Origin: Squalus acanthias
Lineage: Eukaryota
Reading direction: 5' to 3'
Assembly: GCA_030390025.1 (NCBI GenBank)
Contig: CM059442.1
Location: forward strand, 40,114,001-40,178,000
DNA: 64,000 nucleotides
Shown here: positions 26,217 through 39,590 of the stretch, in pieces
How the letters are laid out: each line of letters begins with the position of its first letter
Numbering within the stretch: position 1 is the stretch's first letter
The notes under the pieces: model-generated
What the model was told of the DNA's origin: nothing
The model's database searches: none
Seen by the model: the letters and a program-made list of their open reading frames with translations, nothing else
Program-made: the position numbers and the translations under genes

Positions 26217-28046
26217 CTATGTAGTGTCTCCCCAGTGGCTGCAGCAGGGTTGGTGGAAGGCTGCTAAGTGTTGGTGCCAGAGACCACAGATGGCCTTGCA
26301 GGATGCCCTCGACCAGCTCTGGGCCTGGAAGGCCCAGCTGTACACTGCACCACCTCGGCTGGGCGGCGGCAGTCTGGGCTGGATGGATGACAGGCAGCGA
26401 CAAGTGCAATGGCGGAGTGGCAGTGGTGGGATCAGGAATGCTGTCATCCTGAGAGAGGACAGCAGATTCTTGCTCCACTGACCACTCCCACTCCCCCGGG
26501 GCAGCATCTCAGCATCCCTACCAATCTGCTGGAACACAGATTGCTGACCTGCTGCGACACCGTGTGATCCCCAGTGGACTGTGGTGGACCCAGCGACGAT
26601 GGCAGCAGCCAGAGCTTGCGTGGCATCAAGCTGAGACTGCATGAGAGCAGGCTGAGACTCGATGGCAGCAACCTGAGACAGCATTACAGCACTAAGAAGT
26701 TGTGTGGCTTCCGCCTGTGCTGCAATGGAAGCTGCCACATCGCCCATGACATGCGTCATGAGGTCTGGATCCTCACGGTCTCTCTGGGAGTCCACCATCC
26801 TCTGCACAGTCGAAAGGATGGGCTCCATGGTGTGCACAGAGCTCTGTGCAATGTTGGAGGCAGACTCCTCCACACTCCTTATCATTGCCGCGAGGCTCTC
26901 GGGCACCCTCGCCATTGCACCTATCATCTCGGTGTGCGTGGCCAGCACCCTTCTTGTGAACGCCTCCCCATCGAGGTCCTCATCTGAGTCCTGTGCAGCT
27001 GAACTCGCGTGTGAACTCGCCCTCCGAGGAGCTGGCTCCTGAGCTACCCTTTCACCCTGGCCTTGCTGCAGCCTGCTCGGCCCCGGTGCATCACCCAGTG
27101 CAGACCCCTCTACTAAACTTGCCTCTAAAGATCGCGTAGTGCCAGTATCTGAGGTGGTGCCTGCGGGTGAGATGCAGTGACGCGGTGCTTTGCTCCTCCT
27201 CCTCCTCTTCTCCTTCCTGACTCTCAGTGGGAGGTTCAGGGACAGGCTAGTCATCTGGTTGCTGATTATCTTAAAGCACAAAGGCACAAGACTCACATTA
27301 AGGTGAGGGCAGGGGCAGGAATGGAGCAAGGAATACAGACAGTATCAGGAGCTGGAGAGTAAGAAAGGTTTATGGTGTGAGGGGGAAGTGGGATGAGAGA
27401 AGGTGAGGGGCTGACGATACCGTTTTTGCAACGGAGTCGATGTCGCCGACAGCCACAGTGCCCACCACCTGCTGCCCAATGAGTAGCAGCACTTGCTCCT
27501 CCAGGTCTGAAAGCTGCTGGAGCTGCGCATCACCACCACCTGTTCTCTGCTGCTCCCTCCTATTGTGGGCCATCTTACACTGCAAGAGAAACGACTGTGT
27601 TTGAATCAGAGTCCAGTTATGTGTTTGGGAGATATGCCTGCCGTTGTTGAATAGCTGTGATTGTAGGCAAGGCGTGAGATGTGGATGTGAGTTTGAGTAG
27701 GTGATGATGTTTGGTGGGTGAGTGGTGGCGGTGTGGTTCTTTGCTCAGTGTGCACAGACTGAGGTTCAGATGCTGGTATGTAAGAGCTGTTGAAGCATGT
27801 ACTCACCTTGACCACCCGACTGAGGTCATTGACTTTCTTGCGGCACTGTGTCAGGCTGTGTTCCAGCACACTACTGGCCAAGACCTCCTGGGCCATTTCC
27901 CTCCACATTGCCCTGAACACCTGAGGCGATGGCCTCCTTCCAGTGGCCGGGAACAGCATTGCCCTCCTTTGCTCCACTCCAGCCTCCAATGCCACGTCTG
28001 TGAACTGACGAGCTCTCTCCCTGGGAGTGGGAACAGCCATAGCCAT
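26217..28046 (-). CDS. Harbinger Myb/SANT-like DNA-binding protein, putative 3 exons (28046-27807, 27579-27421, 27269-26217)
   Basis: Exon 1 RERARQFTDVALE...MWREMAQEV...TQCRKKVNDL with a GTGAGT donor; ttctcttgcag acceptor; exon 2 KMAHNRREQQRTGGG; ctttaag acceptor into the 370-aa ORF. Functionality is uncertain. Confidence 0.65.
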
Positions 28047-30929
28047 CAGGGGATTCACTTGCTCACAGGTCGCCTCAAAGCCAGCAATGCTGAAAATGAG
28101 CATCTGCACAATGATGCAACCTCCCCTTTAAGAGCTGGAAGGAACCAGTGTGAAGGATCATTGCTGAATGCATTGCTCCTGAAATTCATTAGCGCTCTGC
28201 TGGTAGCGCCCCTGTAGCGCCCCACTGAGGTCATTAACGCTTGATTTAGCGCCCCACTTCCTTCCTGGGGCGCTAACACCCAATTTAGTAGAAGTTCCGA
28301 ATCCTTAGCGCCTGGCGCTAAATTTTCAAAATTTCAAAAGTTAGCGCCCCAAACAGAGCGATGCCCAATTTCACCCCCTTTGTATTTGTCTTCATGGAAG
28401 AAGACACAAAAAAATTCTGGAAATAGTACAGAACCAAGGGTCTAGTGAGAATGAGAAACTTAAATAATTTAGTATTAATAAAGAAATAGTACTGGAGAAA
28501 TTAATGGGACTAAAAGCCATCAAATCCCCTGGACCTGATGGCCTATATCCTAGGGTTTTAAAAGAGGTGGCTACAGAGATAGTGGATGCATTGGTTTTGA
28601 GATTCCAGAATGGTCCCCACAGATGGAAGGTACCATATGTAAACCCACTATTCAAGAAAGAAGGGAGAGAGAAAACAGGGAACTACAGACCAGTTAGCCT
28701 GACATCAGTAGTAGGGAAAATGCTAGAATTTATTATTAAGGACATGGTAACAGGGCACTTAGAAAATAATAATATGATTGGGCAGAGTCAACACGGATTG
28801 AGGAAAGGGAAATCGTGTTTGAGAAATCTGTTAGCGTTTTTTGATGTTGTAACTAGCAGGGTAGATAAGGGGGAACCAGTGGATGTGGTGTATTTGAATT
28901 TTCAAAAAGCAATCGATATGGTACCACACAAGAGGTTATTACAAAAAAATAGGGCTCATGGGATTTTGGGTAATATATTAGCATGGATTGAGGATTGGTT
29001 AACAGACAGAAAACAGAGAGTAGGAATAAACGGATAATTTTCGGGTTGGCAGGCTGTAACTAGTGGGGTACCACAAGGATGAGTGCTTGGGCCTCAGCTA
29101 TTAACAACATATATTAATGACTTAGATGAGGGGACCGAGTGTAATGTATCCAAGTTTGCTGATGATACAAAGCTAGGTGGGAAAATAAGTTGTGAGGAGG
29201 ACACAAAGAGGCTGCAAAGGGATATAGGCAAGTTAAGTGAGTGGGCAAGAACATGACAGATGGAATATAATGTGGAGAAATGTGAAGTTATCCACTTTGG
29301 TAAGAAAAATAGAAAAGCAGAATATTTTTTGAATGGTGAGAGATTGGGAAATGTTGGTTTTCAGAGGGACCTGGATGTCCTCATACACAAATCACTGAAA
29401 GTTAACATGCAGGTACAGCAAGCAATTTGGAAAGCAAATGTTATGTTAGCCTTTATTACAAAGGGTTTGGAGTATAAGAGTAAAGATGTCTTACTGCAAT
29501 TATATAGGACCCTGGTGAGACCACACCTGGAGTATTGTGTACAGTTTTGGTCTCCTTACCTAAGGAAGGATATATTTGCCTTGGAGGGAGTGCAACGAAG
29601 GTTCACAAGACTGATTCCTGGGATGGGGGGATTGAGGAGAGATTGAGTAGACTAGGCCTATATTCCCTAGAATTTAGAAGAATGTGAGGTGATCTCATTG
29701 AAAATTCTTAAGGGGCTTGACAGGGTAGATGTTGGGAGGCTGTTTCCGCTGGTTGGAGAGTCCAAAACTAAGGGTCTCAGAATAAGGGGTCGGCCATTTA
29801 GGATTGAGATGAGGAGAAATTTCTTCACTCAATGGGTTGTGAACCTTTGGAATTCTCTACCCCGGAGGGCTGTGGATGCTCAGTCGTTGAGTATATTCAA
29901 GACAGAGATCGATAGATTTTTGGATACTAAGGGAACCAAGGGATAATGGGGATAGTGCGGGAACATGGAGCTGAGGTAGAAGATCAGCCATGATCTTACT
30001 GAGTGGCAGAGTAGGCTCGAAGGGCCGAATGGCCTACTCCAGCTCCAATTTCTTATGTTCTTATGTACTGCAAAGTGCAAATGTATGGATGTCAGGGGAG
30101 CACATGATCGGGCTCAGCTGCGATGCTGCCTCAGTCAAATAGCCTGCTGATACTGCCTGACCTCATGCAGGAAGAATGATCATTTGAGTGAGCTGTTGGA
30201 GCATCCAGAACTCATGGAACTGTGCCTCAGAACGAGTCAATGACTTCACGAGGGGAGGGGAAGGGAGAGGAAAAAATGTTGCATATGTTGTGGCTTATAA
30301 CAGGCTTCTGTACAAGCCAATGAGCTGAGATTGGTGCAAGGTTATATTTAGTGCACGGGCGTACATGTGGCATGCTCCAAGATACATTACTCAAACAAAT
30401 AAGTGGCATTAAAGTGTAGACAGTTATCATTTTAATTCTCTTTGCAGATTAATCATCATTTTGCTGGATGTAAAAATGTCAGAAAGACCCCTATAAATAA
30501 ACAGTTTTCCTGAATTAATCAGAATCAGCAAACATTCCCAGATCACTTGTGCAGCCAGAAGGTGCGTAGTTTGATTACATCAGAACACCAGAATCTGAAG
30601 CGATATTTTGTTAAGAAGCCAATTCTGTGTCTGACTTTAAATAGAAAGCTGCAAATGCCGGATATCTGAAAATGATCTGCTGTTTGCAGTATTCTCTGTC
30701 TCTATGTTTGCTGAAAAAGGGGGAGAACTTCAAGAGTTGTCGGTAAAAATGACTCCTTTTTAAATTTGTGTCGTATAATAATTTACAATATTTCTTCAAG
30801 GGCTTTTAAAAAAATATTTTCTGAATTATATGCAGATCAAGGTGACGGGTTAGTGCTGGAGCCTATTCCCGTTTCCAGGCACCCAGTGTAGTCAGCTCAG
30901 GCATTTCACGGTCAAACAGAACAGTTACA

Positions 30930-31262
30930 TACAACAACAACTTGCATTTATATAGCGCCTTTAACATAGTAAAACGTCCCAAGGCGCTTCACAGGAGTGA
31001 AAAATTGACCTTGAGCCAAAGAAGAAGACATTAGGACAGGTGACCAAAAGCTTGGTCAAGGAGGCAGGTTTTAAGGAGCGTCTTAAAGGAGGTGGAGAGG
31101 CGGAGGTTTATGGAGAGAATTCCAGAGATAAGGCCTAGATGGCTAAATGCACGACCACCAATGGTAAGGCGAAGGAAGTGGGTCAGAGCTGGAGGAATGC
31201 AGAGATCTCAGAGGGTTGTAGGGCTGGAAGAGATTACAGAGATAGGGAGGGGCGAGCCCATG
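30930..31262 (-). mobile_element. L2-type 3' end fragment
   Basis: aacaacaacttgcatttatatagcgcc tail in reverse. Confidence 0.75.
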
Positions 31263-31404
31263 GATGTGGAGTAAAGCTCCCTCTCCTCTGCTCCAACAAT
31301 ATCTGTCACCCCAAACTTTGGAAGAACAGTCTTTTACAACACCACTGTGACATGTTAAACTTCCTCTCCGAGTGAGATTATCAGTTCAGGTGCAGTTTTC
31401 AGTT

Positions 31405-31568
31405 GTGGACCCATTTCCACTGAGAACTGGGTTGAGATTGCCCAAGCTCATTCCACATGGGGAACTTACAGGCAATAGACAAAGGAGGCTTTCGTCTCAT
31501 TCACGGGAGCCTGCTCAGACCCATGTTCCAGAGATGAAATGCCAATTTGTGAAACCAGTACACCACCA
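31405..31568 (-). mobile_element. Old tRNA-derived SINE fragment (same family as 19200-19352)
   Basis: Shared sequence; both spurious ORFs contain TGLRLPKLIPH. Confidence 0.5.
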
Positions 31569-31987
31569 AATTCTCCAACCACAGCCACTTCAATCATCCC
31601 AGATACATCATAGCCGTCAGCGAAAATTCATTATGACTCGTGATATCACTATAATGTGACATCATCAGTAAACAACTTGACGGCTTGACAGAACTCCCTG
31701 TTGAATTTCATTTCTCTCTAATAAAGACAAGAGCCTAAAAATTACTGTTGGAGCTAATCGCAGGTGAACTGAGCATTGCTTATGCTTTTTAATCATTACA
31801 AAGCACACTCGTTAACCCATAACTCTTGCTCTTTTATGGCAGTGCAATAAACGTCTGCTTTAAGGCCCAAGAGGAGGTCGCAGATAGGGTCAATGTTGTG
31901 TCCAGAACACGCATCACCTGGCAGAGTATTTGGAACCACCTCTGTTCTGCAATTTAGCAGCATACAATAAACAGGGGGAAATACCAC

Positions 31988-32455
31988 ACTTGAGCTCATC
32001 CAACACTCTGCTGCCTGTATCCTAACTCGCACCAAGTCCCGTTCACCCATCACCACGGTGCTCGATGACCTACATTGGCTCCCGGTCCGACAAGGCCTCA
32101 ATTTTAAAAACACATTCTTGTGTTCAAATTCCTCCGTGGCCTCGCCCCTCCCTATCTCTGTAACTTCCTTCAGCCCTACAACCCTCCGAGATCTCTGAGC
32201 TCCTCCAATTCTGGCCCCTTGCGCATCCTCGATTTTAATCGCTCCACCATTGGCGATTGTGCCTTCAGCTGCCAAGGCCCTAGACTCTAGAATTCCCTCC
32301 CCAAAGCTCTCCGCCTCTCTACCTCTCTCTCTTCTTTTAAGATGCCCCTTAAAACCTACCTCACCTGTCCTAATATCTCTTTATGTCGCTCAGTCTCAAA
32401 TTTTGTCTGGTAACACTACGTTAAAGGCGCTATATAAATGCAAGTTGTTGTTTTT
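31988..32455 (+). mobile_element. L2 3' fragment
   Basis: Aligns with 14310-14803 and ends ggcgctatataaatgcaagttgttg. Confidence 0.8.
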
Positions 32456-34221
32456 GTTGGTGATATTGCTGCACTGTAACCCACAAAGCTCAGGTAGCCT
32501 ACCTAACACCAGCAGTAATTTCCAGGTTAATGACTCTTTAGGAAAATTTAAGATAAAATAATAATTTTACAGTTGCAGATATGACTATATCATTGAATTG
32601 TTGCACTGTTCTCTGCATATAAACATGGCAAACTGTCTTGTAAAAAGATTTATTCTGGCAATGTAAGTGAATATTCTTCAAATTTTTTTGCTGTTCGCAA
32701 CCAAATGGCAGAATATGTGTGTCATTCATTTAAAGTGGCAGAAACAAAATAACCTAAACTGACAGAGTGTTCTACTCAAGTATTGAACCATCCAAGGTAG
32801 GAAAAAAGAGTCAATCTACTTTGTTAATGAGCTGAAATAACCATAAAGTGTTCCATTGCTGCCTTTGCATCAATGGAGTCTCAGGACCTGTCCATTACTG
32901 CATTATATCAACACTGTCATTAATGTTTAGTCTAGGGCATATTTTCTGTAGAGAAGATAATCACTTTCTCGGTAATGCTCTATCTTCATTTATAACAAGG
33001 TTTCCTAAACGACCTCGTGCTCTTCTCATACTGAAGTTGGACTTGAATTAAATTTGAGTTTCAATGTGAAAAGTGAATGTGAATACTGGATGTAATTATC
33101 TCATATTCAGAAACAGGCTCATACACTTGGCTTTCGTTATTCCCATAAATTCTGCTCTGTCTCCAAACAGCTTCCTATTATAGACCAGTTTTTCCTCACT
33201 GCAGTACTCTTCAAAATATTAGTGAAGCGGATGGGAGAAATCTGAGTGTATACAAGATGGATAATTCACTGATACAGCAACATATTCCATTAATACTTCA
33301 GTACATATTTTGACAGAGAGAGGTATTGATTTGTGTGGCTAGAACTCAATGTTGGTTGTAGTATCCTAGGGTGGAACTATTTTACTACTAATGCCAGCAG
33401 TAAACCTTTCTACGCATGGAGAGACTTCACTGGCATCAAGCTTTTAATATCCGCGTACTTGGTGTTCTTAGTGCAAACACTTCATGTTCCAGTATTTCCG
33501 GAGACGTCAAAAAGAGGACAGTCGGTTTACTTCATTACGATTCTGTCCGACATACAACAAAATCTCAACTATAATGTCCTGTTATGATGCCTATTGATTT
33601 TCTGCAGCAAGAAATTGGATTTTTTTAAAAAGTGAGACACAAAGAACAGACAATGACTAATTGCCAAGGCAATCCACATGGTGGAATGATGTATTTATCA
33701 GAGATGTTTGGCTCCACGAAGGTTAACTTGATACGGCTCCAACTTCAGATTAGTCTTAGTGTGTAAGAATTAGAACTTCAGCTACAACTAATTGCATTTA
33801 TTACACAGAACCACTTCAGTAATATGGTGATAGGTGTCAGTGCCTTTTTTTATATTATGGGGTTGATTCAGTAGCAACCGAAAAATCAACTGCGAATGCA
33901 CTGCCAACGATCATTCATAACTTTATTTTCTGACTGCTAGACCTCCGCCCAATGGCGTGGAGGAAGTGCTTGCATTGCTGCTTCCACAGGAGCATGAGGA
34001 ACCATCTCCGCTGGTGGATCTGGGAGTCTCCAGAGGCAGCAATGACTCCCCATTTATTCTGTAGTTTGCAGCCAAAGGCATGGCTGTGGCCAACAGCAGC
34101 ACTGTATGGTAAACACACCACAAGCTTAAAAGAAAATATTGAATACCAGCCTTAAAATACAAAGGGGGTAAAATTGGAAGTGGGCGGGATGCAAAACGGG
34201 TGGAATCACTTTTGCCGCCCA

Positions 34222-34432
34222 TTTCCCTCCCTAAATCTCTCCGCCTCTCTGCCTCCCTCTCCTCCTTTAAGACGCTCCTTAAAACCTACCTCTTTGACTA
34301 AGTTTTTGGTCACCTGTCCTAATCTCGCCTTATCTGGCTTGGTGTCAAATTTTATTTGATAACACTCTTATTCAGCGCCTTGGGATGTTTTACTATGTTA
34401 AAGGCGCTATATAAATGCAAGTTGTTGTTGTT
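34222..34432 (+). mobile_element. L2 3' tail fragment
   Basis: Same tail motif. Confidence 0.75.
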
Positions 34433-35608
34433 ATAGGCCCGATATTCCGCTCTATTGAAGCCAACGGGACTAAGAATGGGGCGGAGCATGTACCAGGCGA
34501 CCAATGCGATACCGTTTGATACCAGCCCACGTCCAATTTTACTACCCAAAGTACCTCAAGCTTCCAGGACCATGCGTGTATCATCCTGGGACTGGTGTGT
34601 ATCACTCTGTTGCTGTAGAAGTAACTATCTATATAAAAAACACTTCGTAATTTCAAGAAATAGTCCAAAGTGCTATGCTTATCAGCACTTGCGTGGCATA
34701 CACAATGTTGGCATTCCATGGGCAATCATAAGGATCACGTTGTATTGTCTATTTATAAATGTTAAAGTGAAGCAGACTGGGAGTATTCAGCTGGACGTTA
34801 CAGACGTTACAGAGGTGTCAGCCACTGAACCAAGGACTTGAGTGTTGTAAGCAACTGTCAAAGAGTGAGCCAGTAGTGTGTTACAAGGATGTAAGCATGT
34901 GCTGCACCACAGGATTCTAGGATATAGATCCACAACCATGATTTCCTCATCCCTGCTTTGTTGTCCAGTGTGACACTGGGCAGAGTTTAGGGGACCCATA
35001 AGAGTGAGTCAACTTAGAATTTTCTTTTCCATCTCCCATTAAAGAGCAGCATTACTAATGGTCTAGGAGCTGTTTGACCTCCTGCCCCCTTATGTTGATG
35101 ACTAGAGAAAGGTGCATGGGCACAAGGGGACCAAAGGATGGAGATAAACAACTTAAAATGAGCACAAGAGAGAGAAGAGATTAAGGTAACACGCTGACCT
35201 CTTTCACACTGACCTATTTTACACATTTATTACTCCTGCTTTTTGAACACTAGGATGCCATTTCTGTATTTCACAAACAATCCTAATTACTGTGGTTTTA
35301 TAATGTACCATTAGTGAACTTTACTTAATTCTTTTAATGTTCTTCATTCGCTGGATTTAATCGAGAACCAGCTACAAAAACTCTCTTTGATATCAGATTC
35401 CATCGAATGCAGAGCAAAAGAAGCCAGGGTTTGAGAGAGGTCCGATCTATCCAACTCCTTTATATATAGAAATATATATATCTTTTACATTCGGCGATAT
35501 GCAAATGAGTTTGAGCAGAAATTTGAGGGAAGAAAAACACGTCTCAAAACTAGCGCAATTTTGAGTGCAATTTGCACCTGGATCGCCGATTGCCAGCTTG
35601 TTTATCCT

Positions 35609-35628
35609 TGGGGGGGGGGGGGGGGGGG
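35609..35628 (+). repeat. Poly-G tract
   Basis: About 19 consecutive G. Confidence 0.9.
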
Positions 35629-35854
35629 AGGAGAAATTTGATAAAGCTTTATCTTCCAGAAGGTTTCTGTGTGATGGGTTACATCCTTCAGGAGATTGAG
35701 TAGAATCCTGTAGTATGTTCTACTGTTAATTATTCTTTGCGGCTTGGGTTTAAAGAACATTCGCAGGGCGATAAAGTGGACTCAACATTTCAACTTTGCG
35801 TTACCTTTCTTATGACCAGGTTATGCTGTCAAAGTCTTCCAACTAAAAACAGAT

Positions 35855-36030
35855 GATCTGCTCATTATCTCATTGCTGTTTGTGGGAGCTGGCTGTGCGC
35901 AAATTGGCTGCCGCGTTTCCTACATTACAACAGTGACTACACTTCAAAAATACTTCATTGGCTGTAAAACGCTTTGGGACATCCTGAGGTTGTGAAAGCC
36001 GCGATATAAATGCAAGTCTTTCTTTTTCTT
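35855..36030 (+). mobile_element. SINE 3' part (same family as 3540-3745)
   Basis: cattatctcattgctgtttgtgggagc...aaatgcaagtctttc is the reverse complement of ~3545-3705. Confidence 0.75.
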
Positions 36031-36632
36031 TTCATTGTAATCCTTTAACTCGATTAGCATGTGAATGAAGTCAAAATATTGAGATAATTGCTGAAATAGG
36101 TTAAACTGGTAGAAAAACTAACTCGACAGTTAGCTTTCGTAGTTTGAATTGACAGCTTGAGTTTCTGTTTCTGCAGCTAACCTGTCATGGCGTCAGATCA
36201 GTGCACCGATAACTAGGGAAAAGGGGTTTATGCAAATGATTGTACATATGTGCCAGCAGATTAAGTAGTTACAGACTATAGTTTGCAGCCAATTCTCTAG
36301 ACAGTAATGAAAGTTTCAGTTCTTTCAGAAGTAGCTCATTCGGTCCCGACAGCTGATTCGGGGTCAGCATCTATTTCTGGCTGGCAGTGTGTGTGTGAAC
36401 TCTTAAATCCCCAGTGAGCAAATCTTGCTCAGCTGAATGCAGAACCGTGGTGAAATCAAAAAACCACCATCATCAGAAGAAGCCTGCAAATGGTCGTTGT
36501 TTTAGTAGCTGCAGTACTAATGTAGATTTATGCAGGGCCAGGAGGAGCACAATAAACAAAAAACCTTTTGGGGCCACGCTCTGAGTGGCCTCCAGTGGTC
36601 CCTCAATGCCTGGTGTGAACAGGCCAAGCAAC

Positions 36633-38726
36633 ATGTGGGCCATCAGCAGCAGCAGAATTGTAGTCCACTACAATCTGTAACCTCATGGCCCGGCATATCC
36701 CTCATTCTACCATTACCATCAAGCCTGGGGACCAACCCTGGTTTAATGAGGAGTGTAGAAGAGCATGCCAGGAGCAGCACCAGGCGTACCTAAAAATGAG
36801 GTGCCAACCTGGGGAAGCTGCAACACAGGTCTACATGCATGCTAAACAGTAAAAGCAGCATGCTATAGACAGGGCTAAGCGATCCCGCAATCAACGGATC
36901 AGATCAAAGATCTGCAGTCCTGCCACATCCAGTCGTGAATGGTGGTGGACCATTAAACAACTAACGGGAGGAGGAGGCTCCAGGAATATCCCCATTCTCA
37001 ATGATGACAGAGCCCAGCACACGAATGCAAAAGACAAGGCTGAAGCGTTTGCAACCATCTTCAACCAGAAGTGCCGAATGGATGATTCATATCGGCCTCC
37101 TCCTGACATCCCCACCATCACAGAAGGCAGTCTTCAGCCAATTCGATTCACTCCACGTGATATCAAGAAACGGCTGAGCACACTGGATACAGCAAAGGTG
37201 ATGGGCCCCGACAACATCCCAGCTGTCGTGCTGAAGACTTGCGCTCTAAAACTAGCCAAGCTGTTTCAGTACAGCTACAACACTGGCATCTATCCGACAA
37301 TGTGGGAAACTGCCCAGATATATCCTGTCCACAAAATGCAGGACAAATCCAATCTGGCCAATTACTGCCCCATCAGTCTACTCTCAATCATCAGCAAAGT
37401 GATGGAAGGTGTCGTTGACGGTGCTATCAAGCAGCACATACTCACCAATAACCTGCTCACTGATGCTTAGTTTGGGTTCCGCTAGGACCACTCGGCTCCC
37501 GACCTCATTACGGCCTTGGTCCAAACATGGACCAAAGAGCTGAATTCCAGACGTGAGGTGAGAGTGACTGCCCTTGACATCAAGAAAGCATTTGACCGAG
37601 TGTGGTATCAAGGAGCCCTAGTAAAATTGAAGTCAATGGGAATCGGGGAAAACTCTCCACTGGCTGGAGTCATACCTAGCACAAAGGAAGATGGTTGTGG
37701 TGGTTGAAGGTCAATCATCACAGCCCCAGGACATCACTGCAGGAGTTCCTCAGGGCAGTGTCCTAGGCCCAACCATCTTCAGCTGCTTCATCAATGACCT
37801 TCCCTCCAACATTAGGTCAGAAGTGGGGATGTTCGCTGATTATTGCACAGTGTTTAGTTCCATTCGCAACTCCCCAGATAATGAAGCAGTCCGTGCCTGC
37901 ATGCAGCAAGACCTGGACAACATTCAGGCTTGGGCTGATAAGTGGCAAGTAACATTCATGCCACACAAGTGCTAGACAATGAATATCTCCAGCAAGAGAG
38001 AGTCTAACCACCGCCCCTTGACATTACCATCGCCGAATCCCCCACCATCAACATCCTGGGGGTCGCCATTGACCAGAAAGTTAACTGGACCAGCCACATA
38101 AATACTGTGGCTACAAGAGCAGGTCAGAGGCTGGGTATTCTGCGGCGAGTGTCTCACCTCCTGACTCCCCAAAGCCTTTCCACCAACTACAAGGCACAAG
38201 TCAGGAGTGCGATGGGATACTTTCCACTTGCCTGGATGAGTGCAGCTGCAACAACACTCAAGAAGCTCGACACCATCCAGGACAAAACAGCCCGCTTGAT
38301 CGGCACCCCATCCATCACCTTAAACATTCACTCCCTCCACCAGCGGTGCACCGTGGCTGCAGTGTGTACCATCTACAAGATGCACTGCAGCAACTCGCCA
38401 AGACTTCTTCTACAGCACCTCCCAAACCCGCGACCTCTACCACCTAGAAGGACAAGGGCAGTAGGCGCATGGGAACACTGTCACCTGCAAGCTCCCCTCC
38501 AAGTCACACACCATCCTGACTTGGAAGTATATCGCCAATCCTTCATCGTCGCTGGGTCAAAATCCTGGAACTCCCTCCCTAACAGCACTGTGGGAGTACT
38601 TTCACCACACGGCCTGCAGCGGTTCAAGAACGCGACTCACCACCACCTTCTCGAGGGCAATTAGGGATGGGCAATAAATGCTGGCCTTGCCAGCAATGCC
38701 CACATCCCAGGAATGAATTAAAAAAA
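36633..38726 (+). mobile_element. CR1-group LINE, 5'-truncated; tRNA-headed family copy 2
   Basis: RT motifs MGPDNIP, PISLLS, PQGSVLGP and FADY (mutated); same 3' tail as copies 1 and 3. Confidence 0.92.
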
Positions 38727-38789
38727 CACATGGCACACGCTCTGTCCATTGGTACACGAAGATGGCGCCGGGGTCCAACAACCGGCGTA

Positions 38790-39590
38790 GGACCTCGATT
38801 GAAATATTTTAATAAGGCTCTCTCCCGTTTCAGGTGGGAACGGTAGCTGGCCATTTCGAGCCCCCCCCCCCGAAAGCCAAGTCGGCCATGCGTGCCTCAG
38901 ATTTTATCTTTCTTCCAGCTTTAACGCTGGCCGGCCGGGTTTCCTGGGCCTCGGGAAGCCCGGCAGCTAAAGGGAGGCGAGGATGGCTGTGTGGAAGAGG
39001 CAAGCACTTTTCCAGCACTGCTTGTGGGCCAGGATCAGGAGTTCTTCTTCCCCCAGCCCCACAAGCTAATCTGCTTACCCCCTCCCCCCAGGATTGGACC
39101 CCACCCCCAAGATCGGCGACCCCTCCCCTCCAAGATTGCTGACCCTGCCCCCCGATTCGCTGACATCCCCACTCCCAGGATAGCCGAACGCCCCAAGATT
39201 GGACTCCCCTCCCCCCCAAGATCGGCGAGCCACCTCCCCCCCACCCCACAGGATCAGATCCCCCAAGGACCGACGAACCCTTTCCAAGATCGCCGACCTC
39301 CCCCCATCCCAAGGATCAGCAGCACCTCCCCCTCCCAGGATCGGACCCCTAGCCCCAAGATTCTGAAGCCCCCCCCCCAACCCCCTCCAACGCTATCACT
39401 ACCCCAGCAGCAGGTTCCCTATCTGCTCCTCTGGATCGTTCCTTGCCCGACAGGGAGCCAAGCCTAACAATCAGGCTGGCTTCCGGGCGGGGAACCTGCT
39501 GGAAAGAAAAGATTAACTCTGTGGAGTCAAAACTCCACGGCATCCCGGGTTTCCCACCACAACTCCTCCCCGCTCGGAAAATCCGCCCCA
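38790..39590. mobile_element. Non-autonomous GC-rich DNA transposon remnant with an internal C-rich tandem array
   Basis: Degenerate ccccaagatcgg-like units repeat over 39060-39400; TIR-like end gaaaatccgcccc. Boundaries are approximate. Confidence 0.45.

Larger units (their letters stand above)
24390..28378. mobile_element. Full-length PIF/Harbinger DNA transposon (~4.0 kb) with convergent transposase and Myb/SANT genes
   Basis: Terminal inverted repeats gggctagaaattgggc / gcccaatttcaccccc and a 3-bp TSD (TTT). Removing the element restores the CR1 frame (LNKYFVFVF). Confidence 0.92.
22574..30066 (+). mobile_element. CR1 (HER1-type) LINE, 5'-truncated, carrying nested Penelope and Harbinger insertions
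   Basis: Segments 22574-23023, 24103-24389 and 28379-30066 are collinear: ILDLVLCN..SDHN (endonuclease), PWLTREVK, LNKYF, KSPGPDG, NYRPVSLTS, FADD, RPHLEYCVQFWSP, and the tail ttcttatgttcttatg. Confidence 0.93.

Noticed and set aside
38830-39467. Pro-rich and Gly-rich ORFs of 100-160 aa
   Set aside because: By-products of the C-rich tandem array, which lacks stop codons.
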